Below, in pieces: positions 58,568-64,000 of a stretch of DNA of 64,000 bases. A program made the position numbers and the translations under genes. Positions within the stretch are counted from its first letter, which is position 1. Each line of letters opens with the position of its first letter. Origin of the DNA: Chloroflexota bacterium (lineage in GTDB: Bacteria; Chloroflexota; Dehalococcoidia; Lucifugimonadales; JADFKI01); the NCBI GenBank assembly GCA_027623195.1, contig JAQBUT010000003.1:32001-96000 (forward strand), given 5' to 3'. The notes under the pieces were generated by a model. It did not search any database. It was not told the origin of the DNA and saw only the letters and a program-made list of their open reading frames with translations.

Positions 58568-58708
58568 AAACTGAGGTGTCCTGCTGAGTTGGAAGCGCAG
58601 CGTCGAGGGAGGCGCCGATTTCATCGGGTGTCCTCGATTCGTTACAGCGAATCGGGACTTAAAACTGCGGTCCTCGATGCGCGCAGACTTGGCGGGACAT
58701 CTTAGTTT
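58568..58708 (+). ncRNA. candidate structured RNA or miniature palindromic element of unknown class
   Basis: 23 bp closing stem plus nested stems; the non-Watson-Crick pairs are G-U on the + strand (see findings). Confidence 0.55.
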
Positions 58709-59094
58709 TCCAGGGCCTTACTCATGGGCACCCAGTAGTAGGTGCGCCATCCGTCGTTAATAGATTCATACTTGTCGGCAGGCACGCCAGCCTGAACGAA
58801 CGACAATTGCGTTTCGCCTTCCTCTTCCTCTAGAAGAAACGTTACGGTTGAGTGGTGCCCCTCGGGCCAGTCCCCCGCACGCCACGACTGGACGATCATC
58901 CTGTCCTTAACCAGATCCAGATTTTTGCCGCCCAGCCCGCCGCCCATGATCGTAAAGTTGCCACCCACCTCACGACTTATCTTTGCTTCGCCCCCAGTAA
59001 AAGCCGAATGCTTTTCCGAGTCCATGAGCAACTCATAAACCTGGTGTGGGCTACCCGCCAGCTTCAGAGTGTGGTCTACTGTTTTGTACTCCAT
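58702..59094 (-). CDS. SRPBCC/Aha1-like domain protein
   Basis: VYE.LMD..KHSAFTG, GG.F, IVQSWR..DWP, GW..YYW; AGGAG RBS. Confidence 0.88.
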   Translation of the reverse strand: MEYKTVDHTLKLAGSPHQVYELLMDSEKHSAFTGGEAKISREVGGNFTIMGGGLGGKNLDLVKDRMIVQSWRAGDWPEGHHSTVTFLLEEEEGETQLSFVQAGVPADKYESINDGWRTYYWVPMSKALEN

Positions 59095-59134
59095 TGGTCT
59101 CCTTTCTTCTCTTTCCACAGTTGTTCTTGCCGAT

Positions 59135-59605
59135 TTACTTGTCGTCCAATGCGGGTCCGAAGGTGTTCTCCAACATCATCGTCCAGCCTTGTGCGTGCAG
59201 GTCGCGTACCTCTTCCGTGGGGAATAGTTCGTGGGTAAGAATCATCTCTGTCGAGTCGCCTCTATCGAGGAACTCGATTGTCACCAAAGTGTCTCCCATC
59301 TCCATAGTGTCCGGCATACCCTGCTCCCAGGACCATGTGTACACCAGCTTCTCTGGAGGAACCACTTCTCTGAACTCGCCTACTACGACATGAAGGCTGT
59401 CGTCGGGTGCCTTCATGCCCAGTCTGTAATGGCCACCCACCCGCAGGTCGACCTCTACAATGGCTGCAGTGTAGTCGTTTTGTATGCCCCACCAGCGGCT
59501 AAGGTGTTCCGGCTGCGTCCATACGTCGAACACTCGCTGTCTGGGCGCTGAAAAAATCCTGCTCATGCGGAGCATGTATCCCATACCTGGTGGGGTATTA
59601 ACCAT
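59135..59605 (-). CDS. SRPBCC/AHSA1 domain protein
   Basis: R.F.APR.RVF..WT.PE.L.RWW, DLRVGG.Y, PPEKLVYTW, H..GW. Confidence 0.9.
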   Translation of the reverse strand: MVNTPPGMGYMLRMSRIFSAPRQRVFDVWTQPEHLSRWWGIQNDYTAAIVEVDLRVGGHYRLGMKAPDDSLHVVVGEFREVVPPEKLVYTWSWEQGMPDTMEMGDTLVTIEFLDRGDSTEMILTHELFPTEEVRDLHAQGWTMMLENTFGPALDDK

Positions 59606-59975
59606 CGTTTTCATCCTTCTCTCTAGTTGGTTCGCCGCCAGCGTCCTCTGATAAATACACCTCCAGGGCATCGAACTGGTTCGCCCAGAAGCGCCGGTAC
59701 CGCTCCATCCACCGTGCCGCGTCACGCATGGCCTCCGCGTGTAGCAGGCAACGAAAGAATCGCCCGTCGCGTTCCCTGCTCAGCAGGCCGGCCTTCTCCA
59801 AAACACCCAGATGCTTGGAAATTGCCGGAAGAGACATCTCGAATGGCTCCGCCAGCTCCCCTACGGACGCCTCGCCTCTGGAAAGCCTCTCCAGTATTGC
59901 CCTTCGAGTTGGGTCCGAGAGCGCTGAGAAGACAAGGTTCAACTCCTCCTCAGGCGCTATTTGGTCAGTCGTCAT
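59598..59975 (-). CDS. ArsR/SmtB family transcriptional regulator
   Basis: VFSALSDPTRRAIL.RL..GE.SVGELAEPF.MSLPAISKHL.VLE.AGL. Confidence 0.93.
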   Translation of the reverse strand: MTTDQIAPEEELNLVFSALSDPTRRAILERLSRGEASVGELAEPFEMSLPAISKHLGVLEKAGLLSRERDGRFFRCLLHAEAMRDAARWMERYRRFWANQFDALEVYLSEDAGGEPTREKDENDG

Positions 59976-59999
59976 AAAGTTGATAACTCCACTTCTGCG

Positions 60000-60251
60000 T
60001 TAGTTGCAGAGAGCGTGTCCGTCAGAATCCACCATGCCAGCCACTACGCCCGGGGCGCTGGGCGCGAATACACGCAAGGTCTGACCAAAGTCCGGCCCTG
60101 CCAGAACGCCTGCCACGAAGCCCTTACCAAAGCCCTGGCAGCCGTCTGAATGGCCCCCGTCGTGGGCCTACGCCGCGCCCACGCCGGAAAACGACAGAGC
60201 GGATAAGGCCAATACCGCCGCGAATGCTACGGTTGTGGCAAAACGTTTCAT
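60000..60251 (-). pseudogene. small exported His/Cys peptide gene interrupted by an in-frame TAG
   Basis: GGAGG RBS; MKRFATTVAFAAVLALSALSFSGVGAA*AHDGGHSDGCQGFG...DGHALCN; TAG at 60168-60170. Confidence 0.7.
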
Positions 60252-60273
60252 TGAAAAACCTCCAACCAAATAA

Positions 60274-60320
60274 TATTGAACCGTTTGGTTAAATATAGCA
60301 GTGGAATAACCTGGTGTCAA
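60274..60320 (-). promoter_or_regulatory. promoter with probable ArsR-type operator
   Basis: TTGACA-N17-TATATT with extended -10 TG; palindrome TATTGAACC-GTTT-GGTTAAATA at 60274-60295. Confidence 0.7.
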
Positions 60321-60356
60321 ACAAAACTGGATACCAATGCCAACCAGCGGTAGGGC

Positions 60357-60800
60357 CTACTGGTAGGATTCCGGCGTGCCGCCCTGGCAGGCAATGACTA
60401 ACCTCGGCATGAAGAAGTTCCAGCCTTCCGTATGCCGTTCCTGCATATCGCCTTCAAGTCCGTAGTGCCTCAGACGGACCAACGTCTCGTCTCCGTCCGG
60501 CGTTAGGGTGATCTCAACTGTTGTGGAGCCTGGGGTGACCATCTGGTCGTCACCCTCCCACCCGAACGTAAACACGACTCGTTCGTTGGGAACAACCTAG
60601 ACATATTCGCCCCTGGCAACGGCTTCTGCCTTTACGTTAAGCCGATATATGCCGCCGGGCCTGGGATCGAGCTCTCCGTCGAAGCCCATCCACGTCAGCA
60701 TCTTGTCCAGGTCCGTAAGGTAAGGAAATATGGTTTGAGGCTTCGCGGCTATTCGCACCTCGACCTCTACCGTGTCGCCTATTCGGTGAGATTCAGCCAT
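60357..60800 (-). pseudogene. SRPBCC domain gene split by an in-frame TAG
   Basis: ...ARGEYV*VVPNERVVFTFGWEG...; the two tracked ORFs share one frame, TAG at 60597-60599. Confidence 0.85.
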
Positions 60801-61138
60801 TATTCCCCTCTTGGTGTAGACCTGGGGCTTCCAGTATTTGACTCGGCAGCCTCCGCAACCTCCGCCAGTCGCGACAGGCTGTCCTGCCAGAACTGCTCCA
60901 TGTACTGACGCAACTCGGACATGGTGTCAGGGCGAATTCGATAGATTCGCCGGGTCCCTTGCCGTCTAACCTCGACCAGTTGACAGTCCGCCAGAACCTT
61001 CAGATGTTGGGATATGGCTGGCCGGGTGACCTCGAAATGCGACGCTATATCCCCGGCGGCAAGCTCATTGTCATGAAGCAGGCGCAATATATCCCTACGT
61101 CGTGGTTCGGCTATTGCCCGCAGGGCCTCTTCGATCAT
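60800..61138 (-). CDS. ArsR/SmtB family transcriptional regulator
   Basis: ALRAIAEPRRRDILRLL...AGDIASHF.VTRPAISQHLKVL; TTGACA-N17-TAACAT promoter 6 nt before the ATG (leaderless) overlapping the imperfect palindrome GTTAG-N6-CTTAC. Confidence 0.92.
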   Translation of the reverse strand: MIEEALRAIAEPRRRDILRLLHDNELAAGDIASHFEVTRPAISQHLKVLADCQLVEVRRQGTRRIYRIRPDTMSELRQYMEQFWQDSLSRLAEVAEAAESNTGSPRSTPRGE

Positions 61139-61204
61139 GGCAGTATGTTAGTGAGGGCTTACGGTAATGTCAACCGCCTGGCTTTTTCGGGCGTGTCCAA
61201 ATGG

Positions 61205-61216
61205 GAACATATGTTG
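61205..61216 (+). promoter_or_regulatory. putative LexA (SOS) box of dinB
   Basis: GAAC-ATAT-GTTG, one mismatch to GAAC-N4-GTTC. Confidence 0.65.
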
Positions 61217-61242
61217 TAAAATGGCCGGGATAGGGCCAAACA

Positions 61243-62322
61243 ATGCGACACATACTACATGCCGACTTCGACGCTTTCTACACCTCTGTAGAGCAGTTGG
61301 ACAACCCTGACCTGCGCGGCAAGCCCGTGGTGGTCGGCGGCAGTCCAGACGATCGCGGCGTGGTAGCCTCCGCTTCCTACGAGGCGAGGAAATTCGGCGT
61401 CCGCTCCGCCATGCCCATGCGTACCGCACTGCGCCTTTGCCCTGAGGTCATCCGGGTGGGCTCTCGCTTCGACCGCTATCGTGAAGTGTCCCGGCAGGTC
61501 ATGGCTATTTTTCACGACATCACGCCGCTGGTTGAGCCGTTGTCTCTGGACGAGGCTTACCTCGACGTCACAGATAGAGTCACCCAAGAATTGTCTTCCC
61601 AGTCTATCGCTGCTGAGCTAAAAGCGCGCGTCAAGTCCGAGCTGGGCCTGACAATTTCGGTGGGCGTGGCGTGCAGCAAATCGGTGGCCAAGATTGCCTC
61701 CGACATGGACAAGCCGGACGGCCTTACGGTTGTGGCGCCCGGCCATGAGCTGGAATTCCTTGCGCCTCTGGCCGTATCGAAACTGTGGGGCGTGGGTCCC
61801 AAAACGGCAGAGCGTCTAAACAGCCAGGGTATCCAGACGATTGGCGATCTGGCAGGGCGTACTGAGGACTGGATGCGGCAGCGGTTCGGCAGCAACGGCG
61901 CCCACATGCGTCGACTTGCCTTGGGTCAGGACGACAGTGAGGTAAAGGTTGAGCGAGAGACGAAGTCCGTTAGCGCCGAGACGACGTTCTCAGAAGACAC
62001 CGGGGAGGCAGAAGCCCTGCTGGAAACGGTCAGCCGTCTTAGCCAAAGGGTAGCGCATAGTCTTGAGCGAAAGGAGTTGCAGGGGCGGACTGTCAAGCTG
62101 AAGCTGCGCCTGTCCGACTTCACAACATTCACCCGGCAGAAGACTGTCGCCGAGCCGGTGCATTCGTCTGACGACCTGGCCAATGCTGCGGGAGAGCTGT
62201 TGCGCGCGGAGCTTTTGCCAGGCCGCACCTTCCGTCTGGTCGGCGTAGGCGTCTCCGGCTTCGAAGGAGAGGAATCGGCTTCGGATGAGCCTCGCCAACT
62301 CCGCCTCTCCGGCTTCGAATAG
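61243..62322 (+). CDS. dinB: DNA polymerase IV
   Basis: ILHADFDAFYTSVEQ, RGVVASASYEARKFGVRSAM, EPLSLDEAYLD, AKIASDMDKPDG, LWGVGPKT, RLVGVG. Confidence 0.96.
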   Translation: MRHILHADFDAFYTSVEQLDNPDLRGKPVVVGGSPDDRGVVASASYEARKFGVRSAMPMRTALRLCPEVIRVGSRFDRYREVSRQVMAIFHDITPLVEPLSLDEAYLDVTDRVTQELSSQSIAAELKARVKSELGLTISVGVACSKSVAKIASDMDKPDGLTVVAPGHELEFLAPLAVSKLWGVGPKTAERLNSQGIQTIGDLAGRTEDWMRQRFGSNGAHMRRLALGQDDSEVKVERETKSVSAETTFSEDTGEAEALLETVSRLSQRVAHSLERKELQGRTVKLKLRLSDFTTFTRQKTVAEPVHSSDDLANAAGELLRAELLPGRTFRLVGVGVSGFEGEESASDEPRQLRLSGFE

Positions 62323-62379
62323 TTTTGGATATTTTGCTAAATGAGCGTTTCAGAAATTGAAAAAACTTACCCGTAAAAA

Positions 62380-62405
62380 CGTTCTCCCTGAGCCTGTCGA
62401 AGGAC
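62380..62405. repeat. REP-like palindromic element (family A)
   Basis: CGTTCTCCCTGAGCCTGTCGAAGGAC. Confidence 0.7.
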
Positions 62406-62434
62406 AGGTGCTAAAAACTGAGGTGGTGGACTGA

Positions 62435-62815
62435 ATGGAAAACATGGATGCGAAAACTTTGTCTAACGATTACACGGCCCTGGCACCAGATGGCTCCGAA
62501 ATTCGAGAGCTTGTGCAGGTGTCTGGCGGAAGCATGGTTCACTGCGCGCTGCCGGTTGGGGCCACGTCGATGGCCGTGGCGCACCGCACTGTAGATGAGG
62601 TCTGGTACGTCGTTGGCGGGCGTGGGCAAGTCTGGCGCAAGCGAGGTGATCAGGAGAGCGTTGTCGAAGCGATGCCTGGCGTATAGCTAATCATCGAGGT
62701 TGGAACGCACTTCCAGTTCCGCAATACCGGCGACGATCCGCTGTGCATCGTCATCACCACTATGCCGCCCTGGCCCGGCGAAAACGAGGCCGCGTGGGTG
62801 GAGGGGAAGTGGTAG
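62435..62815 (+). pseudogene. cupin gene interrupted by an in-frame TAG
   Basis: APDGSEIR...HRTVDEVWY...MPGV*LIIEVGTHFQFRNTG...TMPPWPG..EA; TAG at 62684-62686. Confidence 0.85.
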
Positions 62816-62833
62816 AAGGTTTCTCAAATACCC

Positions 62834-64000
62834 CTAAACAATAACCCCGTCGGCCCTTAGCGCGGAAATCTCCTCTGAGGACACGTCTAGCATGTCGGAC
62901 AGGATGGCGTCAGTATGCTCGCTGTAGCGTGGGGCTGGCGTCACTTCGGCAGGCGAGTGTTCCATCTTGATGGGGCAGCCGATCATCTTGTAGTCGCCTC
63001 GGGCCTCATCATGCACCTCGACAACCATCTCCCTGGCGATGAGTTGATCGTTGGTAAGCACCTCCTCAGGACTGATGACAGGGCCGCACCAGATGCCCGC
63101 AGGAGCCAGCGCGTGGAAGGCCTCGTACTTGGTGCGCTGCGAGGACCAGTCTGTCATGATCTTCGTGACCTCGTCGGCGTGGGCAGCGCGGGCCTCGTCG
63201 GTGGCGTAGCGCTCATCGCCGAGCAGGTCCTCGCGGCCGATCAGAGCCACAATCGTCTCCCAGGCCTGACCGCGTAGGTGAATCATCACGTAGTCGTCGG
63301 AGCCGCCGGGCGCGCACTGGAATACGTTGGGTATGCCGCTCCATCCTAGATGCCCCGGTCGGACATTCGGCTCGTTGGAGTTCAGGCTGCGAATCAGACG
63401 AATGCGCATGAGGTTGACCAGCCCGTCCTGCATGGCCACCTCGACGTGCTGGCCCTGGCCGGTCTGGTCGCGCTGTCGAAGCGCCGCAAGAATGCCAATG
63501 GCCATGTGCAGTCCCGTGCCGGAGTCGCCGCCTCCGATAGACGCCGAAAGCGGAGGACCGTCCGGGTAGCCATTGGACGCCATAAAACCGCTGGTGGCCT
63601 GTGCTGCCGTCTCAAAGCTTTTGTATTCGCTGTAAGGTCCGTACTCGCCGAAGCCCTTGATGCTGGCGTGTATCACCATGGAGTTGAGCTCTTTCAGGAC
63701 AGGGTAGCCCAGGCCCAACCTCTCCATAACGCCCTTCGAATAATTTTCCAGCACTATGTCGGCCCAGGGCACCAGCCGCTTGAACAGTTCCTTGCCCTTC
63801 TCTGTTTTGAGGTTCAGGGTAATAGCGCGTTTGTTGTTGTTGAAGATGGTGAAGTAGACGCTGTCCACACCCTCCTGATGGGCCATGTCCCAGCGGGTGC
63901 GGTCGCCACCGTCGGTGTCCTCGACCTTAATGACGTCTGCGCCAAGAAAGGCAAGCAACTGCGCGCACGACGGTCCAGCCTGCACCCTGCTCATGTCCAG
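62834..64000 (-). CDS. family III CoA-transferase, formyl-CoA transferase-like (5' end off window)
   Basis: LDMSRVQAGP.C.QLLAFLGADVIKVE, NKR.ITLNLK, GD.GTGLH.AIGILAAL.QR..TG.GQ. Confidence 0.9.
   Translation of the reverse strand: MDMSRVQAGPSCAQLLAFLGADVIKVEDTDGGDRTRWDMAHQEGVDSVYFTIFNNNKRAITLNLKTEKGKELFKRLVPWADIVLENYSKGVMERLGLGYPVLKELNSMVIHASIKGFGEYGPYSEYKSFETAAQATSGFMASNGYPDGPPLSASIGGGDSGTGLHMAIGILAALRQRDQTGQGQHVEVAMQDGLVNLMRIRLIRSLNSNEPNVRPGHLGWSGIPNVFQCAPGGSDDYVMIHLRGQAWETIVALIGREDLLGDERYATDEARAAHADEVTKIMTDWSSQRTKYEAFHALAPAGIWCGPVISPEEVLTNDQLIAREMVVEVHDEARGDYKMIGCPIKMEHSPAEVTPAPRYSEHTDAILSDMLDVSSEEISALRADGVIV

Noticed and set aside
1..64000. Genome-wide TAG reassignment (alternative genetic code)
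   Set aside because: Many conserved genes end at TAG at their expected C-terminus (purH, proB, dinB), so TAG functions as a stop.

Overview
64 kb of a moderately GC-rich bacterial chromosome, most likely Chloroflexota, Dehalococcoidia/SAR202-like. This is inferred from gene content, GAAC-N4-GTTC-type SOS boxes, and LLM, SelA-like and CoxL-like paralogs. The first 40 kb is mostly housekeeping: rph, comEC, purF-purN-purM-purH, pncA/pncB-like, tilS, recX-recA, proBA and dgt-dnaG-rpoD. Embedded in it are a four-gene putative metal-handling operon (6.3-9.8 kb) and two orphan cheX paralogs. The last 24 kb is accessory/metabolic: malic enzyme, a divergent malate synthase, tartronate-semialdehyde reductase, a CoxL-like molybdoenzyme with CoxD, a TPP enzyme, ArsR-SRPBCC clusters, dinB and a family III CoA-transferase. 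I saw no rRNA, convincing tRNA, CRISPR array, transposase or integrase. Most notable: (1) a ~140 nt unannotated, strand-asymmetric (G-U rich) structured element at 58568-58708; (2) a His-rich, Pro-tailed leader plus a nested, circularly permuted cupredoxin plus a Cys-cluster membrane protein in one operon; (3) purF lacking any canonical start codon upstream of its catalytic Cys; (4) five in-frame TAG codons in four otherwise recognisable genes between 55.5 and 62.8 kb; (5) a 77 bp copy of coxD carrying only synonymous differences; (6) an unannotated tandem array of small membrane-protein paralogs. All family calls come from motif recognition by eye, not from database searches.
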